A DNA stretch of 64,000 nt from NCBI RefSeq assembly GCF_963921235.1, contig NC_086108.1, positions 620,001-684,000 of the forward strand, in the 5' to 3' direction. The translations under genes and the position numbers were made by a program. Below the pieces are notes generated by a model. That model did no database searches and was not told the DNA's origin. It saw only the letters and a program-made list of their open reading frames with translations. Shown one piece after another: positions 38,561-52,460 of this stretch. How positions within the stretch are numbered: position 1 is the stretch's first letter; every line of letters begins with the position of its first letter. Origin of the DNA: Mobula hypostoma (lineage: Eukaryota).

Positions 38561-40068
38561 CAGCCCTCAATACTGTAGGTGTTAGGTTCCTAGCCTCCGT
38601 TGGTGGTGTTGTACTTGTGGAGCTGGCAAAATGTGGAGATGTAATTTCTCTTGTACCTCCCAACTGAGTTACAACCTTTTTAACTTTTTATGCCATGGAC
38701 CCCTACCATTAACCAAGGGGTCTGAGGGCCCCAGGTCGGGAAACTCTGTCCTAGGTCTGAGGGAGCAGTCACCCTGCGTTCTCAGTCCAGCTCACTAAAC
38801 TTGCTGAGAAGTATGTGACTATCCTAGAGAGAATAATATTTTATATCATCTTGCAGCTCTAAAAACCCTGGTTAGACCACACTTAAATTATTGTCATCTC
38901 GTTAAGGATGTGTAAACACTAGACAGGGTAGAGAGGACATTTACCAGAATTCTGCCGAGATTAGAGACCTTGTTTTATGAGGATAGGTTGATTGAGCTAG
39001 GGCTTTTCTCTTTGGAGTGAAGGAAAATGAGAGGTGACTTGACAGAGGCATAGATCAAGCAGAAAGGGGCTTAATTTTAAGGCATTGGGAGGAGAGTATG
39101 CAAGGTGGGTTTTTAACACAGAGTGGTGAGTGAACGTTAAGTGGAAATAGACTCCAACTACTTTCTGTGTGATGTTTTAAATTTGCACTTTGAACTGAGG
39201 CTGAGGCTGTGGGCCTATTCTCACTGCTCCAGGCTTCGTGTCTACGGACTCAATTTCATTCTAAATGGTGTTGCTTGCTTTTATTCTTTACATTATTTGA
39301 GTTACATTGTTTTCTCCCTCTCTGCGCATTTGTCCGTCTTTTTTAAATGGATTCGTTCAGTTTCCTTGTTTTGTGGCTGCTGGTAAGGAGATGAATCACA
39401 GGGTTGTATAATTTGTACACACTTAGATAATGTACTTTGAATTTGAACTTAAAAGCATGAATGTTACATTTTTACATAATGTTTGCAGTGGTTTTGGCAG
39501 CAAATTTGCAGCTAGGTATGGTGGGAAAGGCAGATACATTTAAGGGACTCTTAGGCACATGGATGACAGAAAAATGGAGGGCTATGTGGGAGGGAAGAGT
39601 TAGATTGATCTTAGAGCAGGTTAAAAGTTCAGCACAACATTGTGGACTGAAAGGCCTGTACTGTGCTGTTGTTATGTTCTGTGTGCATGTACTTCGTTCA
39701 TACGATCCCAACGCCTTCTCAATTTGAACATAGTGGGTGAGACCAAGGTTGAATGTTCCGTGGCACAGTAGGGTAGGGTTAACACAACACTTTACAGTGC
39801 CAATGGCCAGGGTTCCGTTCCCACCACTGACCGTAAGAAGTTTCTGTGTTCTCTCCCCTTTGACTGCATGGGCTTCCTCCGGGTACTCATCTTTCCTCCC
39901 ACAGTTAATTGGTCATTGTAAGTTATCCCGTGATTAGCCAAAGGCTAAATCGGGGGTTGGTGCACGATATGGATCGAAGGCCTGGAAGGGCCTATTCCAA
40001 GCTGTCTCTCAATAAGTTAATAAATAAATACATTGAAGACTACCATGGTCAGATAGCTAGTGAATAAC

Positions 40069-40435
40069 TCGCTGACGGTGGTGTCTGAAAAGAGGATGCT
40101 GTCCAAATTGCATGCCATCTTGGACAATGTCTCCCATCCACTACATAATGTACTGGTTAGGCACAGGAATACATTCAGCCAGAGACTCATTCCACTGAGA
40201 TGCAGCACAGAGCGTCATAGGAAGTCATTCCTGCCTGTGGCCATCAAACTTTACAACTCCTCCCTTGGAGGGTCAGACACTCTGAGCCAATAGGCTGGTC
40301 CTGGACTTATTTCCTGGCATAATTTACATATTATTATTTAATTAGGTTTTATATTGCTATATCTATACTCTATTCTTGGTTGTGCAACTGTAATGAAACC
40401 CAATTTCCCTCGGGATCAATAAAGTATGACTATGA
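40069..40435 (+). mobile_element. Rex1 3' end
   Basis: Near copy of the 3' end of 21188-22877 (LSKLHAILDNVSHPLH); ATGACT tail. Confidence 0.88.
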
Positions 40436-41858
40436 ATATTGTGAGGGCCAGCAGACAACAAGGTATCATCCCCTCCTGAGCTTTTGAATCTTAACGTGTT
40501 CAAGAAGAACCTGCCTTCAGGGTAAATGCAGATTTGCTTGTTTTATTACAGTCAGCTGACGGTTTGACTGAGGTGCTCAAAATAAGTTACCTCCCTTCTT
40601 ATTCCATTTATTTGAAAATTGGTACTGAGGAGCCAACTTTCTGCTTACGTTTGCTCTGTTGGGTTTAATCAATGTTACTATGATGTTGCTAGGGGTGGGG
40701 GGGGGGCATGGTCACTATACATGTTATCCTGAAGGTCAACAGTGAAAAATAAATTTGTTGTGGTTGGAGATTTTAATTTCCCAAATATTGATTGGCATCT
40801 CCTTAGCGCAAGGGGGTTAGATGGGGTGGTGTTTGTTTGGTGTGTTCAAGAAGGTTTCTTGACACAATATGTAGAAAAGCCTACAGGAGGAGAGGCCGTA
40901 CTTGATCTGGTATTGGAAATGAACCTGGTCAGGTGTCAGATCTCTCAGTGGGAGAGCAATTTGGAGATAGTGATCACAATTCTATCTCCTTTACATATCA
41001 TTGGAGAGGGATAAGAACAGACAAGTTAGGAAAGCGTTTAATTGGATTAAGGGGAAATATAGGGCTATCAGGCATAAACTGGGAACAGATGTTCTCAGGG
41101 AAATGTATGGCAGAAATGTGGCAAATGTTCAGAGGATATTTGTGTGGCGTTCTGCATAGGTACGTTCCAATAGACAGGGAAAGGATGGTAAGGTAGAGGA
41201 ACCGTGGTGTACAAAGGCTGTTGAAAATATAGTCAAGAAGAAAAAAGCTTACGAAAGGTTCAAAAAGCTAGGTAATGATAAAGATCTGGATTATAAGGCT
41301 AGCAGGAAGGAGTTTAAGAATGAAATTAGGAGAGCCAGAAGGGGCCATGACAAGGCCTTGGTGAGCAGGATTAAGGAAAACCCCAAGGCATTCTACAAGT
41401 ATGTGAAGAGCAAGAGGATAAGACATGAGAGAATAGGACCAATCAAGTCTGACATTGGAAAAGTGTGTATGGAACTGGAAGAGATAGCAGAGGTACTTAA
41501 TAAATATTTTGCTTCAGTATTCACTACGGAAAAGGATCTTGGTAATTTGTAGGAAGGACTTGCAGCGGATTGAAAAGCTTGAGCATACAGACATTAAGAA
41601 AGAGGTTGTGCTGGAGCTTTTGGAAAGCATCAAGTTGGATAAGTCTCTGGGACTGGATGAGATGTACCCCAGGTTACTGTGGGAGGTGAGGGAGGAGATT
41701 GCTGAGCCTCTGGCAATGATCTTTGCATCATCAATGGGGATGGGAGAGGTTCCGGAGGATTAGAGGGTTGCAGATGTTGTTCCCTTATTCAAGAAAGGGA
41801 ATAGAGATAGCCCAGAAAATTATAGATCCGTGAGTCTTACTTCAGTGGTTGGTAAGTT

Positions 41859-42674
41859 ATAGAACATAGAATAGTACAGCACAGTACAGGCCCTTCGGCC
41901 CACAATGAGAGACAGACAGACTTTATTGATCCCGATGTGCCGACCCTTAAACCCTGCCTCCCATATAACCTCCCCCCACCTTAAGTTCCTCCATATACCT
42001 GTCTAGTAGTCTCTTAAATTTCACGAGTGTATCTGCCACCACCACTGACTCAGGCAGTGCATTTCACACACCAACCACTCTTTGAGTAAAAAACCTTCCT
42101 CTAATATCCCACTTGAACTTCCCACCCCTTACCTTAAAGCCATGTCCTCTTGTAGTGAGCAGTGGTGCCCTGGGGAAAAGGCACTGGCTGTCCACTCTAA
42201 CTATTCTTCTTAATATCTTGTATACCTCTATCATGTCTCCTCTCATCCTCCTTCTCTCCAAAGAGTAAAGCCCTAGTTCCCTTAATCTCTGATCATAATG
42301 CATACTCTCTAAACCAGGCAGCATCCTGGTAAATCTCCTTGTACCCTTTCCAATGCTTCCACATCTTTCCTATAGTGAGGCGACCAGAACTAGACACAGT
42401 ACTCCAAATGTGGCCTAACCAGAGTTTTACAGAGCTGCGTTATTACCCCGCGACTCTTAAACTCTATCCCTCGACTTATGAAAACTAACACTCCATAAGC
42501 TTTCTTAACTACCCTATCTACCTGTGAGGCAACTTTCAGGGATCTGTGGACACGTACCCCCAGATCCCTCTGCTCCTCCACACTACCAAGTATCCTACCA
42601 TTTACTTTGTACGCTGCCTTGGAGTTTCTCCTTCCAAAGTGTACCACCTCACACTTCTCCAGGTTGAATTCCAT
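41859..42674 (-). mobile_element. CR1 3' fragment nested in CR1
   Basis: Same subfamily as 6741-7530; AGTT at both junctions. Confidence 0.88.
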
Positions 42675-42789
42675 AGTTGATGGAAAAGATCCTGAGAGGC
42701 AGGATTTATGAACATTTGGAGAGGCATAATATGATTAGGAATAGTCAGCATGACTTTGTCAAAGGCAGGTCGTGCCTTACGAGCCTGAT

Positions 42790-43113
42790 CAGCCTGGGAG
42801 ACAATGTCTCCCATCCACTACATAATGTACTGGGTGGGCACAGGAATACATTCAGCCAGAGACTCATTCCTCTGAGATGCAACACTGAGCGTCATAGGAA
42901 GTCATTCCTGCCTGTGGCCATCAAACTTTACAACTCCTTCCCTTGGAGGGTCAGACACCCTGAGCCAATAGGCTGGTCCTGGACTTATTTCATAATTTAC
43001 TGGCATAATTTACATATTACTATTTAACTATTTATGGTTTTATTACTATTTATTATTTATGGTGCAACTGTAACAAAAACCAATTTCCCCTGGGATCAAT
43101 AAAGTATGACTAT
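42790..43113 (+). mobile_element. Rex1 3' end nested in CR1
   Basis: DNVSHPLHNVL..KSFLPVAIKLYN; ATGACT tail. Confidence 0.85.
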
Positions 43114-43565
43114 GATTGAATTTTTTGAGGATGTGACTACAAACATTGATAAAGGTAGAGCAGTAAATGTAGTGTATTTGGATTTCAGCAAGGCATTTGA
43201 TAAGGTACCCCATGTAAGGTTCATTGAGAAAGTCAGGAAGTGTGGGATCTAAGGGACCTTGCTTTATGGATCCAGAATTGGCTTGCCCACAGAAGGCAAG
43301 GAGTGGTTGTAGATGGGTCATATTCTGCATGGAGGTCAGTGAACAGTGGTGTGTCTCAGGGATCTGTTCTAGGACCCCTTCTCTTAGTGATTTTTAGAAA
43401 TGACCTGGTTGAGGAAGTGGAGGGATGGGTTAGTAAATTTGCTGATGACACAAGGGTTGGAGGTGTTGTGGATAGTGTGGAAAGCTGTTAGAGGTTACAG
43501 CATGACATTGATAGGATGCAAAACTGGGCTGAGAAGTGGCAGATGGAGTTCAACCCAGATAAGTG

Positions 43566-43683
43566 GTTAATTTACTATACATAGTTATGGGGCATTTCAA
43601 TCTTGTTTCTGTTTCCATAATATCATAACATGTTTTGTATTCGTCTATGCAAGTAATGAACAAAAATATTGAAAAAGAAAAAA
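43566..43683 (+). mobile_element. Short poly(A)-tailed retroposed insert (L1/Tx1-like 3' end)
   Basis: A-rich tail; 14-bp TSD AACCCAG(A/G)TAAGTG at 43552-43565 and 43684-43697. Confidence 0.7.
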
Positions 43684-43959
43684 AACCCAGGTAAGTGTGA
43701 AGTGGTTCATTTTGGTAGATCAAGTATGATGGCAGAATGTAGTATTAATGGTAAGACTCTTGGCAGTGTGGAGGATCAGAGGGATCCTGGGGTCCAAGTC
43801 TGTAGGACACTCAAAGCAGCTGTGCATGTTGACTCTGTGCTTAAGAAGGCATACGGTGCATTGGCCTTCATCAGTCATGGGATTGAGTTTAAGAGCCGAG
43901 AGGTAATGTTACAGTAGTATCGGACCCTGGTCAGACCCCACTTGGAGTACAGTGCTCAA

Positions 43960-46250
43960 ATTGCCTGAACAGGAGGAGGAGAAGATGGCAGCACGCGCGG
44001 CCACTTCGGTGGTGATGTCTGTTATCTGTCAAGTAGGGGACCGTGCACAATGCTGATTTGATGGAGACAGACGTGAGAGTATGGAGGAACATCTGGAAAA
44101 CTTCTGAAATGCCCGCTTCGGGCTGCCACTGCTACTGTGTGGTAACCAGAATCTCCAGAGCAGAAGGCCCCGAAATCCTCAGCTTTGCGTGTGTCAGTGG
44201 CCGGGGCGAGGTCGAAGGTGCTCGGGCGGCTGTATCAGAGAGGCTGGTGGGAAGCTCAAAGTTTTCGGAAGGATGGACTCCGTGTCGGCTGTGGTCAGCT
44301 GCTTCCACGGCATCGGCAAGTTGACGGTGCCTGGAGGTTTATGGCAGGGAGTTTCTCCCTTTTGCCGCCTGCTATCGGGGACTCGGGGACTTTTGAGACA
44401 ATTTACTGTGCCCATGGTTCGTTCTTCATCAAATTATGGTATTGCTTTGTACTGCTATAACTATATGTTATAATTACAGGTGTCACCCACTTTTCGAACG
44501 TTCGCTTTACGAAACCTCACTGTTATAAAAGACCTACATTAGTTGCCTGTTTCGCTAACAGAAGGTGTTTTCACTGTTACAAAAAAAATCAGTGTGCGAT
44601 AAAAATCAGCGCGCGCCCCGAGCAGCCGCTCTCCCCTGGATTCGGAACTGCATTCTCGCCGGCATTGCTTAAACATGTCCCTGTGAGCAGCCGTTAGCAA
44701 GATGAGTTTTGAGGTATCGGAAAAGCCTGAAGGAACTCGTAAGGGTGTTACACTTAGCGTAAAACTAGACATAATTAAGCGTTTCGATCGTGGTGAACGA
44801 AGTAAGGACAAAGTGAGTTTGACTTGTGGAAGTTGATGAAGATGATGTTGAAGAGGTTTTGGCATCCCGTGACCAAGAACTGACAGATGAAGAGCTGATG
44901 CAATTGAAAGGAAAGGATAACAATTGAAACCAAATACAGTAGCGACAGACCGAAAGTGAAGTCATCCAGGAACTGAACGTGAAGCAACTGCGTGAGATTT
45001 TCGCTGCAATGATAAAGTGCGACTTTAATTTTGAAATGGTACGTCAGTTTAGGGCATATTTACAAGATGGTTTGAGTGCTTACAAAGAACTATATGGTAG
45101 AAAAATGCACGAGGCTAGCAGTCAAGCATACTGTCATTTTTTTCAAGCCTTCCACAGCAGACGACGAACCTCGACCTTCGACATCGAGGCAGGCAGACAT
45201 AGAAGTAGATGACCTGCCTGCCCTGATCGACGATGAGATGACACCCCAGTGTCCTACCACCCCAACCCCCGGGCCACGGACAGATACTGATTCGCGGAGA
45301 ATGCAGTGGTAGCTGGGAGGCACCCAACACATCTTTAAGAAAAAAGCTGAAATAAACAAGCTAATTAATTAGGTGCCACTCGACATGTAATTGTCGGCCC
45401 AGATCAGAGGTGATTGCCGATTGCGTCGCCTCTGATCTGGGCCGACGTTTACGAACTGGGCGGCACCTAATTAATTAGCTTGTTTATATCGGCTTTTTTC
45501 TTGTAAGATGTGCTGGGTGCGTCCCAGCTACTGCTGTACCCCTGCATACTTCGCGGATCGGTATCAGGTCGCTGCCTGGAGGGTGGGGGCCACTGCACCA
45601 CCCCAACCTTCGACAACTCAGCCTAACACACCATTATCAGTGTGCTCGATGTCTTCCCGATTCCCGTAAGTGATACTACACTGTACATACATTATTTCTA
45701 CTTTATATCGGCTGTGTATTTTTAGGTGTTATTTGGTATGATTTGGCAGCTTCATAGCTTAAAGGTTACTGGAGAGAGTGTTTTTGCCGACAGCTCTTGC
45801 ATTAGATTTTCTGCCGACGGCGCTTGCGTGAGATTTTCGCTACGGAGAATAGTGTAGGCAATGATTGTGGAAAAGTATTTCTACTTTATATAGGCTGTGT
45901 ATTTATCATATCATTCCTGCTTTTACTATATGTTACTGTTATTTTTGGTTTTATGTGTTATTTGGCATCATTTGGTAGGTTATTTTTGGGTCTGCGAACG
46001 CTCACAAATTTTTCCCATATAAATAAATGGTAATTGCTTCTTCGCTTTACAACATTCCAGCTTACGAACCGTTTCATAGGAATGCTCTACCTTCAGATAG
46101 TGGGGGAAACCTGTATGTGGTTCTGTCAGTGTTAGTCTTTGGTTTGTCCTGTTTTCTGTAATAACACTCTGGAGAAACATTGTATCATTTCTTAATGCAT
46201 GTATGCATTTCTAAATGACAGTAAAAGAGGACTGAGTGTTCTCATAATCT
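43960..46250 (+). mobile_element. Non-autonomous retroposon (AAGATGGC start, AATCT tail) carrying a Tigger insertion
   Basis: Interrupts CR1 GTGCTCAA|TTCTGGTC; 3' part is homologous to 8640-8855. Confidence 0.7.
44477..46113 (+). mobile_element. Tigger/pogo DNA transposon, internally deleted
   Basis: TA TSD at 44475-44476 and 46114-46115; ends CAGGTGTCACCCAC / GTGGGGGAAACCTG. Transposase remnants MSFEVSEKPEGTRKGVTLSVKLDIIKRFDRGE (CENP-B-type HTH) and acidic EVDEDDVEEVLASRDQELTDEELMQL. Confidence 0.88.
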
Positions 46251-47265
46251 GATTCTGGTCACCTCACTACAGGAAGGATGTGGAAACTATAGAAAGGGAG
46301 CAGAGGAGATTTACAAGGATGTTTCCTGGATTGGGGAGAATGCCTTTTGAGAATAGATTGAGTGAACTCGGCCTTTTCTCCTTGGAGCGGCGGAGGGTGA
46401 GAAGTGACCTGATAGAGGTGTATAAGGTGATGAGAGGCATTGATTGTGTGGATAGTCAGAGGCTTTTTCCTGGGGCAGAACTGGCTAACATGAGAGGGCA
46501 CAGTTTTAAGGTGCTTGGAAGTAGGTACAGAGGAGATGTCAGGGGTAAGATTGTTACGCAGAGAGTGGTGAGTGTGTGGAATGGGCTGCCGGAGGAGGAT
46601 ATGATAGGGTCCCTTAAGAGACTCCTGGATAGATACGTGGAGCTTAGAAAAATAAAGGGCTATGGGTAACCTTAGGTAATTTCTAAATAAGTCGATGTTC
46701 GGCACAGCACTGTAGGTCGAAGGGCCTGCATTGTGCTTTAGGTTTTCTATGTTTCTAAGTCTTTCAAATTGTCCTCAAGTGTAACCCATCTTCTATATCC
46801 TTCCTCTCCCAGGGATGAGGTCTTTGGCCCCTTCTGTTCGCTTTTCTGTAGCTCTTGAGTTTTTACGGGATAGGATTGTTGGCCCTATGCACCACGGTAA
46901 CGTGGCGGTTAGTGCGATGCTGTTACTGTTTCGGAGTTCAGAGTTCTCCAGCGTCGTTCTGTGAGGTGCCTCTGTATGACCTTCCCGTGGAATGTGTGGG
47001 TTTTCCCCCGGATGCTCTGGTTTCTTCCCGCAGTCCAAAGACCTACCAGGTAGGTTGATTGTTAATTGTAAATTGCCTCATGATAAGGTTAGGGTTAGTT
47101 TGGTTTGTTGGGTCTGCTGGGGCAGCACGGCTCAAAGGGCCAGAAGGGCCTACTCCATGCTAGATTGCTAAATAAATAAATAAATAAATAAATAAATCAA
47201 TAAAATGCCCAATCCACCTCCTTTAGCATCTGGGCTTGAAAATCCGTGGCAGATTTTACACGTAA

Positions 47266-50200
47266 TGTAGGTTGAGTACCTGTTATCCAAAAAACTCCAA
47301 AATCTGAATTTCTTTCAAGTGCTGACATGATGTCACAGATGGAAAATTCCATAAGACGCCGGGAAGGTTCCCAGGTGATGCGCAGGTCTCTGCACACCAC
47401 AGACAGTTCTGAGAAGTGATCTCTCTTATGTAATCAACAGAAGTTAATGGAAAAAATAGAAAAGCTCTACATAAAGCGAAAAATGAAGAATCCAATGGTG
47501 TTTTGAAAGTGTTGATCTGTCCGTTCTGGAGTGAACATACAGTTGCAAGAAAAAGTTGCTGAACCCTTTTGCAATTCCCTAGTTTTCTGCATTAATTACT
47601 CAGAAAATGTCTGATTTTCATCTAATTATCAATAATAGACAAACACAATCTGCCTAAACTAATAGCACACAGACAATTGTAGTCGTCATATTGAATACAT
47701 TGTCTAATCATTCACAGTTCATGCTGGAAAAAATATGTGAAACCTTGTATTTAATAACTGGTAGAACTTCCTTTAGCAGCAATAACCTCCACCAAATGTT
47801 TCCTCTAGCTACTGATCAGACTTGCACAACAACAAGGAGGAATTTTAGACCATTCCTCCATACAAAACTGTTTCAATTCCTCAATATTTTTGGGATATCT
47901 TCCATGAACATCCCTCCTCAGGTCATGCCACAGCATCTCAATTGGGTTAAGGATCACTCAGCCAGTGGTTTCTTCCGCAGCGTCCTCCCATGAACACCAT
48001 TCTTATTCAGTGTTTTTCTTATAGTGGACACATGAACAAAGACTTCAGCAAGTTCTAAAGATTTCTGCTGATCTTTTGTTTTGTTACATAGAACATAGAA
48101 ATCTACAGCACATTACAGGCCCTTCGGCCCACGATGTTGTACCGATCATGTAACCTACTCTAGAAACTGCCTAGAATTTCCCTACCGCGTGGGTCTCTAT
48201 TTTTCTAAGCTCCTTTTACCTATCTAAAATTCTCTTAAAAGACCCTATTGTGTCTGCCTCTACCACCTTTGCTGGCAGTGCATTCCATGCACCCACCACT
48301 CTCTGTGTGAAAAACATACCTCTGACATCCCCCGGTACCTACTTCCAAGCACCTTAAAACTATTCCCCCTCATGTTAGCCATTTCAGCCCTGGGAAAAAG
48401 CCTCTGGCTATCCACATGATCAATGTCTCTCATCATATTGTACACCTCTGTCACGTCACTTCTCATCCTCCGACACTCCAAGGAGAAAAGGCCAAGTTCA
48501 CTCAACCTAAGGCATGCTCTCCAATCCAGGCAACATTCTTGTAAATCTCCTCTGCACCCTTTCTATAGTATCCACATCCTTCCTGTTACCCTTGGGTTCT
48601 TTTTCACCCCCTTCAGCATTGCAGGTTGTGCTGTTGGTGTGATCTTTGCAGGATGCCCGCTCCTTGTGAGAGTAACAACAGCAGTGAGTTTCCTCCGTTT
48701 GTAGATTATTTCTTTTGCCTTGGACTGGTGAACACTTAGGTCCTTAGAAATGCTTTTGTAGCATTTTCCAGCTTCACGCATCTCTACAATTCTTCTAATG
48801 TACCCTGATAGTTGGTGCATATAAACAGATCTTTCTTGAGAAGAGCAGGCTCTGTTAGTAATCTGACTTTATATACGGCTGGGCACCGAATTAAATGGAA
48901 TTGAATTGATTTTATTTCTTACATCCTTCATAACATGAGGCCTAAAAATCCTTACGTTACATCTCTGTCTAAATGTGCAATTTATAATAATTTATAATAA
49001 ATTGTATGTACAACAGGACAGTCAATCTAACATAGAATTATCAGCATGAATTTGTCAGTCTGATGGCCTGATGGAAGAAGCTGTTCCGGAGCTTGTTGGT
49101 CCTGGCTTTTATGCTGCTAGAACAGTTTACGGTTGGGGTGACTGGGGTCCCCAGTGATCCTTCAGGCCCTTTTTACACACCTGTCTTTGTAAATGTCCTG
49201 AATAGTGGGAAGTTCACATCTACAGATGTGCTGGGCTATCTGCACCACTCTCTGCAGAGTACTGCGATTGAGGAGAGTACAGTTCCCATACCAGGCAGTG
49301 TTGCAGCCAGTCAGGATGCTCTCAATTGTACCTGTGTAGAAAGTTCTTGGGATTTGAGGGGCCATAGCTTTTGCAGAAGGCATTACCCCAGAGGTTCGCC
49401 TACTTTTTTGAACTTAGACTGTGATTGTTCAAATGGTGTACTCAGTATTGCTGAGAAGTACAATTGTTTGTATGTTATTAGTTTAGGCAAATTGTGTTTG
49501 TCAGTTATTGTGACTAGTGCATATCAGACCACATTATGAATAATTAATGCAGAAAATTAGGTAATTGCAAAGGGTTCACATACTTTTTCTTGCAACTGTA
49601 TGCTGCTAAACAGCATGCTGACTAGATAAAAGCAAAGATCTATCTTGACAAACTAAAAATTGAAGGTAATTGTGAATACTCAGCAGGCTGGTTGCAGAAA
49701 TTTGAGGAAAGACATTAAATTTTAATTCTGATTCCCATTCTGACATGTCAGTGTGTGGCCTCCTCTTGTGTCATGATGAGGCCACCCTCAGGATGGTGGA
49801 GCAACACCTTATATTTCATCTGGATAGCCTCCAACCCGATGGCATGAATATCAATTTCTCCTTCCGGTAAACACATTTCCAGCCTCCCACTCCTCCTCTA
49901 TTCCTCATGCTGACCTTTTACCTCTTCTCACCTGCCTCTTGCTTCCCCTAGGTGTCCTCCTCCTTCCCTTTCTCGTACAGTCCACTCTCCTCTCCTGTCA
50001 GATTCCTTCTTCTCCGGCCCTAGACTTTTCCCACCAACCTGGCTCCACCCGCCACCTTCCAGCTAGCCTCCTTTCCCTCCCCCCCCCCCATCTTTTTATT
50101 CTGACTTCTTCCCCCTTCCTTCCCAGTCCTGAAGAATGATGCCGGCCCAAGCATCGACTGTTTATTCCTCTCCCTAGATGCTGCCTGACCTGCTGAGTCC

Positions 50201-50848
50201 CTCCAGCATTTTGTCTGTTGATGGTTGATCTAAAATTTTATAACATCTGCTGATCACAAAAATCTAGCAACAGAACAAGTTTACGGTGCTGATAGTTGTT
50301 ATAACTTACATAATGGCATTACATTTTTAAAGTATGACTGATGAAAATCTAACACCAGAATGCTGATTATTTTTATACGCTACATAAAACCTACAAAAAA
50401 GTAAAATACAAACACACCCAGAAAGCTGGAGGAACTCAGCAGGCCAGGAAGCATCTATGTAAAAGAGTACAGACGACATTTCAGGCCAAGACCCTTCTTC
50501 AGGACTACAAATACAGTGTATTGTAACCTTTTAATCAAAACACTGCATTATAGGTAGAGACCAAAAGCCTGCTGTTGTGTGTTATTGTTCAACAGCTGAT
50601 TCCGGTATTCTTCCGATGGTGCTGTGCTGCTTTTGTTACCCTGCACACTTTATATTTTCATTGCATTAATGGTATGTAATGTTCTTTACTGTTAAGTATA
50701 TATCTGTGATGAACAAGTGTAAGACAAAGTCTGCTTACCCATAGCACATAAACTCACAGTTGGAAATGATGGCTATCTCTTTATATATTCCAAAATCCAA
50801 AACACTTCCCCCCCCCCAAGCATTTCAGATAAAGTGTACTCAACCTAC
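47266..50848. mobile_element. Tigger4-like DNA transposon hosting Tc1 and PLE inserts
   Basis: Ends TGTAGGTTGAGTACCTGTTATCC and GATAAAGTGTACTCAACCTACA are inverted repeats. Confidence 0.65.
47540..49598 (-). mobile_element. Tc1-like transposon with nested CR1 (~48088-48582) and Rex1 (~48890-49360)
   Basis: TA TSD; TIR CAGTTGCAAGAAAAAGT. ORF 48563-48820 (IVEMREAGKCYKSISKDL..RSGHPAKIT). The CR1 insert is flanked by TGTTAC. Confidence 0.88.
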
Positions 50849-51724
50849 ATAAGTTAATCAGGTTCAGATTTGTTTATCATATGTACATTGAAACATACAG
50901 TGAAATGTGTGGTATGTACCACTGTGCTTTATACCCTGGTTTCAAGAAACATTTCCTCATCTGTATATACATGTATATAGTGAAATGACAACAAACTTGA
51001 CTTGTTAACACAAATGACACATTTCAAATGGATCACACACAAACAACAAACTAAAGTGCACAGATTAAATATTGTAAGGTACAGAACAAATAGCTGGTGA
51101 CACTTTGAATACGATGCTGCAGGGGTTTCGGAAGCCTATTGGCCTGAGGAAAGAAACTATTTCCCATCCTGACCGTTCTTTTTTTTTGTGTAAGATGTTA
51201 GAAAGTCTCCTGCCTGATGGTAGAAAGTCAAAGAGGATGCTGGATGGATGGGTGGATCCTTGATAATACCAAGGGCCCTGCGTAAGCAGTGCTCCTGATA
51301 ATGTCCCCGATGAATGGTAGTGAGGTGTCTGTGATCCTCTCAGCCATCCTCAGTCCTTTGTAGGGGCGTCTGGTCAACCAGCACAACCTAAAGATGTGGT
51401 GGGGACAAGTGTGCCAGTATAACATACCCACAATGTTCAGCAGAACAACACGAGTGGCAACAATAACACAACAAATCAAAACAACATCAGCAATTAATTA
51501 GTCATGATTGTCTGGTGGAGCAGACTCGATGGGCTGAATGGCCTAATTCTTCTGCTATATCTTATGGACATAGGTGGCTTACCCACCCCTGTCTGGGAGG
51601 TAGACGGCCATGTTTGTGAGAAACTTTGTGCCTCCGGCCAGTGTTTCACTCAGTTATTTGAGGATGTCAAAGAGTGAAATGCCAAACAGTGAGTGTTGTG
51701 GGTTGAGGAACAGGAAGAGGGCAG

Positions 51725-52460
51725 GCACCATAAGATATAGGAGTAGAATTAGGCCATTTGGCCCATCGAGTCTGCTCTACTATTTCATCATGGCTGGTCA
51801 ATATTTCCTCTCAGTTCCAATCTCCTGTTCTCTTCCCCGTATCCCTTCATGCCCCTGACCAGTCAAGAATCTTTCAACCTCTGCCTTAAATATACATAAA
51901 GACTTGGCCTCCACAGCCACCTGTGCCAACAAATTCTACAGATTCACCACCCTCTGGCTAAAGAAATTCCTCCTTATTTCCATTCCAAAAGGACGCCACT
52001 CTATTCTGAGGCTGTGTCCTCTGGCCCTGGACTCTCTCACCATAGGTAACAGCCTCTCCCCATCCACTCTATCGGGCCTTCCACCATTTATTAGGTTTAA
52101 TTATGTCACCCCTCATTCTTCTGAATTCTTGTGGCCCAGAGCCATCAAACGTTCTTCATATGACAAGTTGTTCAATCCCGGACTCATTTTTGTGAACCTC
52201 CTTTGAATCCTCTCCAGTGTCAGCACATCCTTTTTTAGATAAGGGGCCCAAAATTGCTTACAATACTTCAAGTGCTTCACCTGTGATTCATAAAGCCACA
52301 ACATCACATTCTTGCTTTTATATTCATTGTATCATTTCTTAATGCATGTATGCTTTTCTAAATGACAATAAAAGAGGACTGAGTGTTCTCATAATCTAAA
52401 TCTATATTCTAGTTCTCTTGAAATGAATGCTAATGCCGTTTTTGTCTTCCTCACCACCGA
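51725..52460 (-). mobile_element. CR1 3' fragment with a short AATCT-tail insert (~52327-52402, TSD TATATTC)
   Basis: QFWAPYLKKDVLTLERIQRRF. Confidence 0.8.

Larger units (their letters stand above)
40745..46760 (+). mobile_element. CR1 ORF2 broken by multiple nested insertions
   Basis: Collinear CR1 pieces: VVGDFNFPNIDW, KENPKAFYKY, SQHDFVKGRSCLTSL, GVSQGSVLGP/FADDT, ERRRVRSDLIEVYK, then 3' UTR. Confidence 0.9.
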
